A stretch of DNA of 64,000 nucleotides from Octopus bimaculoides (lineage: Eukaryota). Every line of letters starts with the position of its first letter. Position 1 is the stretch's first letter. A model generated the notes under the pieces. That model was not told the origin of the DNA. It worked only from the letters and a program-made list of their open reading frames with translations, and ran no database searches. Shown piece by piece: positions 26,519 to 38,495 of the stretch. The translations under genes and the position numbers were made by a program. The stretch is taken from positions 71,034,531 through 71,098,530 of the forward strand of contig NC_068991.1 in NCBI RefSeq assembly GCF_001194135.2, read 5' to 3'.

Positions 26519-26699
26519 CCTACACTTTTTTCTGCAAAATAGGAGTAGTTTATCCTGTTCAGGCTATATTATTAGCATTATCCTGTGATTGAGAATTTAA
26601 AATCACTTCTTTAACTTTCTAAGACATCTCAACGCTTCTAAAAGCAAACCGTCTTTGTTTGTTTACGTTCATTGTAATTTGAATTTATATATTTATATT

Positions 26700-26832
26700 T
26701 ATGCTGGCAAGGTTGTGTGCTAAGAAGTTTAATTCCAAACCGCATTGTTATGGGTTCAGTCCCACTGTGTGGCACTCTGGGCAAATCTCGTCTTCTAAAG
26801 CCCCAGGCTGACCAAAGCCTTGTTAGTGAATT
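26700..26832 (+). mobile_element. SINE family A, 5' fragment
   Basis: GGGTTCAGTCCCACTGTGTGGCACTCTGGGCAAA...GACCAAAGCCTTG. Confidence 0.8.
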
Positions 26833-26879
26833 TATAGACAGAAATGGCAAGATCGCTTGTATCACAGAACTTCAAAAGC

Positions 26880-27430
26880 CTTGATACTTTGCTGTTCTAT
26901 ACACCATATAAATAGCTTCTAGGTACATTTGAATAACCATCATTATGTTGCCTAGCATATCCATAATGGCCTTACTCGTGCTAACAAGGACAATGTCATT
27001 CCTTAACGAGATAGGAGAGGACTCCATAAAAATGCTTAGTTTTCCTCATCTGTCGATGCTGCTTGTGGTGCATATACAAAGATCACCATTACTCTAACGC
27101 TGTGATTAGTTTGAGCTTAATTATTCTGTCACATGCTCTGACTACTTCCATTCATCATCATCATGATCCTCGTTTAACGTCTGCCTTCCATGTTAGCCCA
27201 TTACTTTATTCATTTCCATGCTAATGATTGAGCCTATCCCAGTTGACTCCTACTTAGTTACACATTAACAAGAATTTGTACATGTTCCTTAACTGTGATG
27301 TGTCTTACTGAATCACACCCCTAATTTACCACTTGTACATAAATACACGTCTACACCTGCACTCCAGCATCTTCACAGTCTTCCTCAGATCCACTTTTTA
27401 TTGTTCTGACATTAAACTGTTTTAAATACT
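26880..27430 (-). mobile_element. Decayed RTE-clade LINE apurinic endonuclease domain, interrupted by a family C fragment at about 27152-27200
   Basis: Minus-strand peptides FNVRT, YVQ, EVVRACDRIIKLKL, VMVIFVYAPQAASTDEE and DGYSNV match APE-domain motifs; stops and frameshifts present. Confidence 0.75.
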
Positions 27431-27479
27431 TGGAATTCTTTGTATTAGTTCGTAGCTTCTGAATTTATTAGCAGTCGAA

Positions 27480-27860
27480 GTAAGTGTTCTGAGAATGTAG
27501 TATTCAAAGAACTGCATGAGAAATGTTCAAGGCGCTACTGCATCTGATGGCAACAAGAGGATCCATGATATCTGTGAATGACTGCAGTGTTGTATGGTAA
27601 TGTATCATGCGCTTTGAGGGGTTGATTGTGGGCAAGTGAAGCAAATATGCTCAGCTCGATGTATAGTTTTAATATGCAGAGCAGCGCTGGGAGAAAATTT
27701 GGGTATAACAGGAATCTGAAGGATTGAAAGGTCTCACTGTCAAGTCAAGTGAAGTATTTGTTAAGTGTGTGTGAGTGAGTTCAGGGCAGGGTTTTGGTGT
27801 AGAAATGAAATTTGGAGGAGTGCTGGAAATAATGTATATGTAATATTAGAATCTTTGATA
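27480..27860 (-). mobile_element. Possible CR1/L2/Jockey-type LINE 3' fragment
   Basis: Degenerate resemblance to LINE ORF2 C-terminal sequence; weak and by eye only. Confidence 0.3.
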
Positions 27861-27882
27861 GTAATGAAGTAAATTGTACTCT

Positions 27883-28058
27883 ATCAACATTTAATGTCCG
27901 TTTTCCATGCTGGCATAGGGATGGCTTGACAAGAACTGGCAAGCCCAGGGGCCACACCAGATTCCATAGTCTGTTTTGGCTTCGTTTCTATCACTTGATC
28001 CCCTTCCTAATGCCAACAATCTTACAGAGTGTACTGGGTGCTTTTTACATGGCACCAT
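27883..28058 (-). mobile_element. SINE family C
   Basis: TTTAATGTCCGTTTTCCATGCTGGCAT...CTTCCTAATGCCAAC...GGGTGCTTTTTACATGGCACC. Confidence 0.8.
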
Positions 28059-29536
28059 TATTCTAGGTTATCGATTCTGTTATAGAGGATGGGTCTTTCT
28101 GTGTACAGCAATGTGCCTTATAAAAACAATAATGAATTTCATATGTAAAAGTTATTTGTGTGGTTTAAACAATAAAAATGGATTAAAACACCAGCCGTAA
28201 GAATAATTCATACATCGTTCTTGTATATATATATGTAAAGAATTACAATTATTAGCAAAGTAACAATACTCTCTATAGAAACAATAAGTAACGAGTATTC
28301 TCTATAAATGTCAAAGGTGTGGTGCCAGAATCTGTTTTGAGGTATTGTCTTTAAGTGATCCATTCCCAAAACCAAGCTTAGGATGGTGTCCATTTATGAT
28401 TGAATTCTTGGGTAATTCTGGTGAGATTAGTGTGATACGAGGAGAGTTGCTATGGGCTCTGCGGACTTTAATGCAATGTTTGGAACCGAGCAACAGAAGC
28501 TGTTTATAATTCTGCTTCCTTGTTACACAACTGATTGTTAGAAATAGTGCTATAAGTCAGAAATGGTTCTGGGGAAATCTAGAATATCTTTTTTTTTTCT
28601 TCAGGTATTTACGAGGTTGGCGTAAGAAGGTCTGGTTAGATATTGTATTTTTTTTTCTTCTCCCCTGTTGGAAAGAAGAAAATCAATAACCATGTTGTAT
28701 ATATGATTTTTGTAAACTTTGAACTGTGTATCTATATTTTAGAAATGAGTTATTGCTAGGGTAAGTAGGGGTTAGGAATTGAGGTGCCAAGTTCAAAACT
28801 GGTTCAAGAATATGGACTACCATTATTGTCATTATCCATTTTATGTCCATTTTCTTCATGTTGTAATGTGTGTGAAAACACACACACACTGTATGTGTCA
28901 ATAAATATATTTATGCACACAGGTGTGTGTGTGTATGTGTATATATATATAATATATATACACACACATAATATATATATACACACATATATACTCTTAC
29001 GTGTGTGAGATGGAATTGGAATGGTTTTCTTTTTTTCAAATCTATTCCTTGCACACACCTTTTACTTTTTTCAGTCTTTGGATTATGGCCATGCTGGGGC
29101 ACCCCAGTACTTCACTTTTTAAAACCTGGTACCTATTCTATCAAACTGGTAAGTTACAGGGATGTAAACAAACCAATGCTGTCAAGTGGTGGTGGGGGTA
29201 ACAACCACATCTACATACACACACGTGTGTGTGAATATTCATTCAATTTTACATCCACTGAGATATATACACACACACCTTGACTATAGTTATCTAGATT
29301 CCCCCCCCCTTTGCTAATTGACAGTTATAGACTACATGTTGCAGTTTTGTTTGTTTTTTTCTTCTTATGGCCATTTAGATGCAGTAGGAAATAATTTCCA
29401 TGCACTTAAACCCATCTTTTCTGATTTTTACTGCAGAAATAAAAAATGAAAAATGAGGTCAACCACCTGGAAATTGTTTCCACATGTTCCTCTGTGTGTA
29501 TGTGGCACCTGAAGACGTTCAGATTCTACTCTGATT

Positions 29537-29868
29537 CATCATCATCATCGTTTAACGTCCGCTTTCCATGCTAGCATGGGTTGGATGATTTGACTGAAGA
29601 CTGGTGAACCAAATGGCTGCACCAAGCCCCAATCTGATCTGGAAGAGTTTCTACGGCTGGATGCCCTTCCTAACGCCAACCACTCCAAGAGTGTAGTGGG
29701 TGTTTTTACATGCCACCGGCATGAAGGCCAGTCTTGCAATACTGGCAACGGCCATGCTCAAAATTGTGTTTTTTACATGCCACCTGCACAGGAGTCAGTC
29801 CAGCAACACTGGCAACGACCTCGCTCGAATGTTTTGTTCACATGCCACTAGCACAAGTGCCAGTAAGT
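29537..29868 (-). mobile_element. SINE family C with about three internal ~55-60-bp subrepeats
   Basis: (CAT)n-CGTTTAACGTCCGCTTTCCATGCTAGCATGGG; TTTTTACATGCCACC-type unit at about 29703, 29770 and 29835. Confidence 0.88.
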
Positions 29869-30640
29869 GCTTTTTATGTTAAAGAAATAATAAGCAGAAA
29901 GTAGGTGTGGTATTCAAAGCTTTATAGGACATACACACGTTTCAGCAAAATGCCGAAATAATTACATAACAAGTAGACATTATGCAATCATGCATTCCAC
30001 CTCATCAGTGACCCACCATAAATACATCAATGTTGATACTCCAAATATATACACTTTACCCTGTTCTGCAAATATGCTTCCATTCTTTTGATGTACAATG
30101 TGTGTATTTGTCTGTAGAGATACAATTTAAAATACAGTGGTTTGTACTTACTCGAATATGATTCTATACTGTGGCAAGAATGATGGACTAAAAGTTAAGC
30201 TGTTGCTGTTGCTACTGAGCCAGTCCTGCTTCCTGGTTTCAATTCCCAGCTGTTGTGTGTATATAATTCCATTAATTACTTGTGTGTGTGTCTGTGTATA
30301 CGTGTGCCTGGTGATGTTTTCTTTCTGTGGACTGTATTTTAATCAGTTAACTGGCTCTCTTAATAATAAGCTCATTCTTCTGGCGTTACATGTTGGTGAT
30401 GAAGCATTGCAAAGTCGGGAGTGAGTAGAATTTTGTTTTTGCTTTTTTAATTAATAAATCTATACACCTGTTTAATCTAACCAATGGATATATTAGGTTT
30501 AGTGTTGTTATTATTATTATTATTATTTTTATTGAAGAATATATTTATTTATCAACTAATTGCTTCTTGCTTGGATACCTAGCAACATTGATGCTTCGTA
30601 AATCTACTTTACTGAAAAGTCCAATATTTCTCTGCGTGTG

Positions 30641-30676
<36 letters not shown>

Positions 30677-31064
30677 AGAGATGTGGAAGATGAGGTGAAG
30701 TGGGAGTTGTAAGCAGCTGCAATCATTGCTGTGAATGTTGCTGCTCCTCTCACTTCAGCAAGAATTAAAAATCTTTCAATTAAGGCCAGTGCTTACTTAG
30801 ATGAATGACCTCTTTGGGAAACACAGTTGAATATTAATCAGCTTTCTTCTATTGCAGCTGATTAATGGTAATATTCCACTGGAATAGTCATGCAAATGTA
30901 GTAACAGAATCTCTAGAGATATTGGTTACATCATGTTACCATTATAGACAAAGAACGGCAGTTGAAGAACAGAGACAGCATGTTTGGTGCAGCAGCTCTG
31001 CATTTTGTGATAATGGTTTACAGGTTCAATACAATTGAACAGCACACAAAGATTATTTTTTTTC

Positions 31065-31503
31065 TTTATTCTTTTATTTGTTTCAGTCATTTGACTGCGA
31101 CCATGCTGGAGCACCGCCTTTAATTGAACAAATCGACCCCAGGATTTATTCTTCGTAAGCCTTGTCCTTATTCTAGCAACCTCTTTTGCCGAACCACTAA
31201 GGTACAATGACATAAACACACCCACGTCGGTTGTCAAGTGATTGTGGNNNNNNNNNNNNNNNNNNNNNNNNNNNNNNNNNNNNNNNNNNNNNNNNNNNNN
31301 NNNNNNGGGGGGGGGGGGGACAAACACAGGCACACAAATACATATATTTATATACGATGGGCTTCTTTCAGTTTCTGTCTACCAAATCCACTCACATGGG
31401 TTTGGTCAGTCCAAGGCTATAATAGAAGACACTTGCCTAAGGTGTCACACAGTGGGACTGAACCTGAAACCATGTGATTGGGAAGCAAGCTTCTTACCAC
31501 ACA
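31065..31503 (-). mobile_element. SINE family A spanning a short gap
   Basis: Tail TTGTTTCAGTCATTTGACTGCGACCATGCTGGAGCACC and head GGGACTGAACCTGAAACCATGTG. Confidence 0.88.
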
Positions 31504-31594
31504 AGTTTTTGGTCAGGGGTGAAAGCAGTGCCTATGACCTTTTGCAGACTCTCTAGGACTTAAGGAAAAAGAAGAGTGGATTTAGCAAATGGAA

Positions 31595-31820
31595 ACTTAA
31601 AGAATCCCATGGTGTGTGTGTGTGTGTGTGTGTGTTTCTCCCTCACCAGTCTTAGTTTATGTCCCTGTGACTTAGCAGTTCAGCAAAAGAAACCAATAGG
31701 AGAGGTACCAGTCTTCAAAATTAAAAATTCTGGAGTTGATTCATTCGACTAAAAATTCTTCAAGCTTGTGCCCCAGCATTGCCACACATCCTAATGATTG
31801 AAACAAGTAAAAGGTAAAAT
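31595..31820 (+). mobile_element. SINE family A, 3' half
   Basis: CTTAGCAGTTCAGCAAAAGAAACCAATAGG...CCCCAGCAT...TGATTGAAACAAGTAAAAG. Confidence 0.8.
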
Positions 31821-32686
31821 ATTAAAACCCCTACCCTAATTATCTAGGGGTTTGTCCCTTTCTGTAGTTCAGTGTTCTACTTATGCTCACCCCTATCTTG
31901 TGTGCACCCACACACCTGTACTTTCTTTGTTGCCACTTTTGTGTTTGTGAGAGAGAGAGAGAGAGAGATACTTTGATAATATCAAATGACAACATAAAGA
32001 ATCTTCAGATACTTGATCTGCTAGCAATAACAGTCAAATCACTCTTAAATCACATCTATTGTCAACTTCAAACCTGGTTACATTACATAAAGTGGCCTTG
32101 ACATGCAAACCCCCCCCCCAAAAAAAAAATCCAAGTGTGTCAAGTTTGCAGTTTATGTACCCTTCAGTCTGGTTAATAAATCTCCAGTTTAACTTTTTTT
32201 CTTTATTTTCTTTAAGAAACAAATATCTTATTTAAACTTTAATTCAGGAATATCTGAGGGTGTTTTACCTTTACAGAAATGTCCAGTGTCCTATTTAAAA
32301 CTAATTATTTTGCAATGTTTTAATTGTTGGTATTAATAAGTTGCCGTTGGAATTTTGACTTGTTTCTTAAATATAATTACAATGGGAGATTTTAATTATG
32401 AAAGATTTCACTTCAGCATGTTCACATCCTAACAGGATCTTCAGCAGATTGGTATCAAAAGTGCCTGGCAATCGGCTAAAATATCTATTTGACCAATACA
32501 TTGATTGACCAAGAGTTCAGATACTGCTGCGAGTGTTTCATTTACCATGGAATTTTTGTAGAAGAATACTAACTCTACACTGTCAGTTCTCTAAATTGTG
32601 TAAATTGCGGGGAGCAGATATTGAAGTTTTCTGGTGGTTGCCGTCGTAGGAGATGGCAGTTGACTTTGGCAGTAAGACATAAAATC

Positions 32687-32887
32687 TTGTAGTAAAGATT
32701 GTTTGCCAACATAACATGGCAGTCCTGGTTTAGGACGAATGTTGCTGTAATTTAGCCCCAGGAGACATCGTCTCCAACTGGCTATACAACACGATCTGTA
32801 TCCTTATATTTTCAAACAAAGGAACACAGCAGTATTAGTCCTAAACCAGGACTGCCATGTTATGTTGGCAAACAATCTTTACTACAA
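32687..32887. repeat. Perfect 50-bp inverted repeat, arms 32687-32736 and 32838-32887
   Basis: TTGTAGTAAAGATTGTTTGCCAACATAACATGGCAGTCCTGGTTTAGGAC and its exact reverse complement; extends inward to about 62 bp with 3 mismatches. Confidence 0.97.
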
Positions 32888-33099
32888 AGTACTGTTGCTG
32901 GATATCTCTCGTTGTGAGATTTTAAAATAGTAACTTACATAAAATCTTGTTGAGTAAAATAGACCTAATTAATCACCTCTTAGTTCAGTAAGGAGTTATA
33001 CTCTGGTCTTAGGGGTTATTCTGATTGCTGAGCAAAACATGACGAGAGTTAGGCCAATATCGGAGAGTATGTATAATTGTCACAGTCATTCATATATAT

Positions 33100-33480
33100 T
33101 GTTGGTATCCCTTTGTCTCGGGAGACAGTAGAGTTGCACATAAAAATGTTAGGCTGAAGTGTCTTCTCTAGTTTCCTCAGGCCTGGGCTAGATGTAAGGA
33201 AATCCTGGATAGCCCAATCGTCAGGATTCCTCTCTCGACCTTGCTGACGTAGTCCAAAAGAATGCTGAGCATTACGTTTGGCACCAGCTTGGTTGCAGGA
33301 GCTTCCGGAAGAGTGTCGAGTCGAACACTAAACCGCCTACGGGGCTCCACTTCGGATTTCTTTGAAAGTTGTCTCCTTTCCGTAACCCTGGATAGGGGCC
33401 CATACCGGGTACTGGCAGTCAGAGCCAGCTGAGCCCGGGACTCGTGTCAGGCAGGGTCGTCACTCCCTGAAGCAGTGAAG
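33100..33480. mobile_element. GC-richer interspersed-repeat fragment resembling an RTE-clade untranslated region
   Basis: GTCCAAAAGAATGCTGAGCATTACGTTTGGCACCAGCTTGGTTGCAGGAGC resembles an RTE-associated UTR as recalled; not verified by search. Confidence 0.35.
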
Positions 33481-34191
33481 AAAACCATTACCCACTACCT
33501 ATAGTCATTCATATCTGCTAAATAATTAGTAATTACTTCATTAATCTTTAGACTTCGTTGAAGCAGAATTTTCTACAACTGGTTACCTTTCCTGATTCCA
33601 ACCTTCATCTGTTTCGTAGCTAGTTAAAAAAAAAAAATTCCCCTCGTCTATCAAACAACAGACCGCCTGGACTTGCTTTCCCACAGGACTGCAAACAGAC
33701 GACATCATCTGTGTGAATGGTGATGCTTTTGTTTATAGTCAACATTCATGTACTAAAAGCTACAATTCCTATTTGTTCATTGGACGATGGACAAACAGCA
33801 TAGTTGTAGGAGCAGCCTGGCTTAGTACACAACCGGTGTGAATTTGATGAGAGAAATGTGCACCCTGTCAATCTCACATACATTCACACATGAGCTTATG
33901 TACAATCTATTGCTATAGAATCACATCCACAAGAGATGGATCGACCTGAGGTTATATAATAAAAGATGCTAACCCCAAATCCTGTCGGTTGTGAAGTAAA
34001 CTTGTTAATCAAATGCCTATACTTGCACCTGTGTGTGTGAGGGACAAGCAGTGTTATTGCCCTTGGACAGCAAAACCACCGTACCTAAATGAACTGCAGA
34101 CGAAGGGCAATTTTTCATTTGTTCCCTCTGTAACGGGTTCATATTATTTCTGTCTGATTTCTCCTGGTGTTTGTATATGCATGTGTGTATG

Positions 34192-34237
<46 letters not shown>

Positions 34238-34606
34238 CACACTCACACAGATGCATGTGCACACATATATATATATATTGACATTTTGCTACACTCCTAC
34301 GCACACAACTGTGATTTTTATTGTTATTGATATAAACTGAACGTTATTTGCGAGTTAGTGTAGTTGATACTGCTTTTCTTGTCAGCTGCAGGTTTGTGGT
34401 TCAATCTGTGGCAAAGGTTATCCATGCATTCTTTTGTTTGTTTTTTCTTCTCAGATTACAACACACACACACACATACACACACATACACATGCATATAT
34501 ATGCATAGTTAATGTATGTAGAATTCATATAAGTAACATCGACTGTGTTACTAAGATGATGCATTCTGTCACCACTATCTTCATGTTCGGTCACGTTTAT
34601 AGTAAA

Positions 34607-34666
<60 letters not shown>

Positions 34667-35306
34667 CTTTCTATCCTTCTCCCTCTCTCATCCTCTCCCT
34701 CCTCTCCCCATCTTTCTATTGTCATTTTCTCTCTCTTTTTTCTTTTTCTTTTTTTTTTTTCAAATTTCTTTCTTTCTTTCTCTCTTTCTCTCTTTCCTCT
34801 TCTGCCCTTGTTCTTTACCAAAAATATTTTTTTCCTATTCATCTGCTGTGAAAGAGAATCTAAAACCTCTGACTCCAGTTTTCTCTGNNNNNNNNNNNNN
34901 NNNNNNNNNNNNNNNNNNNNNNNNNNNNNNNNNNNNNNNNNNNNNNNNNNNNNNNNNNNNNNNNNNNNNNNNNNNNNNNNNNNNNNNNNNNNNNNNNNNN
35001 NNNNNNNNNNNNNNNNNNNNNNNNNNNNNNNNNNNNNNNNNNNNNNNNNNNNNNNNNNNNNNNNNNNNNNNNNNNNNNNNNNNNNNNNNNNNNNNNNNNN
35101 NNNNNNNNNNNNNNNNNNNNNNNNNNNNNNNNNNNNNNNNNNNNNNNNNNNNNNNNNNNNNNNNNNNNNNNNNNNNNNNNNNNNNNNNNNNNNNNNNNNN
35201 NNNNNNNNNNNNNNNNNNNNNNNNNNNNNNNNTGTGTGTGTGTGTGTGTGTGTGTTTCTCCCTTGTCTCTTGTTTTTTTATTTTTATTTCTCAAATAACG
35301 TGTGTG

Positions 35307-35360
<54 letters not shown>

Positions 35361-35510
35361 TAATACACATTATGATGTGTGTGCATGTATATGTACACAT
35401 GTGTGTATACACACATGCACATATACAAACATATATGTTTACATATGTACTACACATTCATGCACATATATATATATAAACATGTGTAAGTATATATGTA
35501 TGTAGGTGTG

Positions 35511-35551
<41 letters not shown>

Positions 35552-36435
35552 ATACATGTCTTTCTCTGCATCATTTTCTCACTTCTAATATGTATATTAA
35601 TATAGTTAATATTTTAAAAATAACGTTTCTGGTTTTGTGTCTAGTTTATACATACGTGTACATGCACACATGCATATGTGTGTTTGTGTGTGTGTATAAA
35701 TATATATATATGATGCACACACATCAATACAACTTGGTTGGTGTGTGTGTGTGTGTGTGTGTGTGCACAAACTTGCCTTATGTTTTCTTATATTTGATAT
35801 ATCTCCATTCTAACACCACTATTATTTATTTGAGATTCATATTTTTTAAACTAATTTCATATTTCCAAGACATCCTTCTATTACCAAAGAAACCGTGTGT
35901 GTGTGTATGGTATGTTAATTTTTAGATTTCTTTCAAAAACCTTGAATTCCAAGATATATATATATTTTCTTTATTGACTCAATTTCCTCCTTCAACTTAG
36001 TTTTTCTTTTCCCTTTTTATTTTTTTTTATTTTCGTGTGCAAATTTAATGTACATCAGTATAATAGAGTGATGCTTCACACAGATGTCTGGCAGGTGGGT
36101 GTAGGTTTGGTGGCTATATATACACACACGCATGCATGCGTGCATACATACATACTGTGTTTGTATTTATAAACATGTATGTACATGTGCAGAAAATCCT
36201 TTACCTTATCCAAAGTAGCCTATTGAAGTGCTTTTTCAAACCAATTCCTCCATGTCACTCCACATGGTCATGCTTCTTTTCTTCTCTCCCTCCCACCCCT
36301 CCACACTTCTCTCTTATCTAAATTCTAGCCATGCTTTTTGTGTTAAAACCAGTTTTATCATTATATATGTAATGGAATGCATGTTTACAGATATCTGTGC
36401 ATGTGTGGAAACATGGATGCATCCATGTTTGTATG

Positions 36436-36485
<50 letters not shown>

Positions 36486-36540
36486 NNNNNNNNNNGTGGA
36501 TGGATATATCTTCTCTGTCTATATAGCTAATTCAATATGC

Positions 36541-36583
<43 letters not shown>

Positions 36584-37272
36584 TAAGCATGTACATGTGT
36601 TAGAAAATTCAATTCTATTCCATTTAAGGAATTACAGATCTCTGTTGGTATTACTCACCTCATTTACTTTTGGTTATCCTCTGGGTTTTATGCTAATTAC
36701 TTTTGACCGGTCAAGGCAACCAGTCTCAGAAGTTCTCATTTCTATAACTAACCCTTGTATTTCACTGTTGCTTTTTTTTTTTGTGTGTTTACATATTTTC
36801 TTGTGGAAGGACGAAAGGCCACATTTGACACGGCCGGGTTCAATCCATCGGAATTTTGGTCGTTATAACTTTGGTACTGCCAGTGGTGTATCTGTTTTCA
36901 CCATCCTGCTGTAATTATTTCTTGTGATGCTGGTTATTTTCAGTAAACCAGAGCAGTGAAATGGAAATTCAACTCCAATGAAATTAGAACCCAGAATGTA
37001 AAAAGATGGAGCCCCCCCCCACCCCTAAAAAAAAACCCATTATGTCTTTGCACCAGTTCTCCTAAGTGATAATTGTAAATTTATACATCATCAATTTAAT
37101 ATACACTATATTATATGTGTATTTAATATATACATTATATATTATATAGGTATATATAACCGCGTTTGTGTATGTGTGTATATATATATATATGTGTGTG
37201 TGTGTGAGTGTATGTATGTGTACATATCTATGTATGTGTATATATATGTGTGTGTGTGTGTGTATATATACA

Positions 37273-37313
<41 letters not shown>

Positions 37314-37326
37314 GAGTATATATATA

Positions 37327-37612
37327 AAACAAACCTCATCCAGCTATTCTGATTATATGTCTGTGCACACGTTTGAATGTGGTGTGTGCCAGAGGGTTTG
37401 CAAATCCAATGGGGGTCTTAAAAGACATGTTTGGATCCACAATGAGCAGAACTTACTTGCAGGTATTGGTAGTGCAAATCAGAGGTGCAATCTGTGTAGG
37501 TGTTTTTTCAAAACACTGTCTGGTTTAAAAAGCCACATCAGACGCCATGAAAGGGCTAAGGTGTAGGTGCAGGAGGTGGTCAAACTCTGTTTAAGGAGTA
37601 GACAACCACCAC
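37327..37612 (+). mobile_element. Open reading segment with two C2H2 zinc fingers, probably the 3' end of an RTE-clade LINE ORF2
   Basis: CGVCQRVCKSNGGLKRHVWIH and CNLCRCFFKTLSGLKSHIRRH, stop TAG at 37564-37566. No TGEKP linker; CKS..GL..H pattern and short GGTGGTCA...ACAACCACCACC tail typical of RTE ends; flanked by microsatellites. Confidence 0.7.
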
Positions 37613-38448
37613 CATATGTATATGTGTATATATATATATGTATGTGTGTGTATATGTATGTGTGTGTATATATATATATAATGTGTGTGTGTATCTGTAT
37701 ATATATGTGTATGTGCATGTATATGTGTGATTTATATATATATATATATATATATATTGTATTTTGAGCATTAATTTATATTACTCTCATAATATACATG
37801 AAATGTGTTACATAATATACACTACATATTGTTCTATATGAGTAAGTTTGTACATGCATGTGTATAGAATATTTAATAAGTAACATATTTACATATTACA
37901 GTTATTTTGTCTTCCATACACACATACACACATATAATTGAATTACTCTCTGAAGACAACGGCCCAGCATGTCCTTAGTACCAGTAACAGAAACGGACAC
38001 ACACACCGAAACACAAAGCATTCTAGACATTTCTCTTCTCTTAGGTCTGTTCCTACCAATGACATACTTTGAACTCATCATGTTGATGTCTCTAAGACCT
38101 CCACACTGCTATTTCTGCTTTTCTGTCTCCCCCCCCCCCCCTCTTTCTCTGTATTGTGTTCCTCTGTGCGATTCTTTCTGTCCTGTCTGTGAATGTCACA
38201 TCTGTTGATAAGCCATGGTTTTTAATAACCCCGGGCCTAATGGGTGACTGTTTGCTGGCTCAGTTGGTATTTCTCTCCTATTGTGTCTGTCCATAACTTT
38301 AACCTAGATAACATTTCGAAAGTTGTGTGCATCTGTGTATATATATATATATATATACATACACAGACAGTGTTTGTGTAAATTTTTTTTCGTTATCTAC
38401 ATATCTATCTATACACATACACACACATACATGTGTATTTATATATAT

Positions 38449-38495
<47 letters not shown>

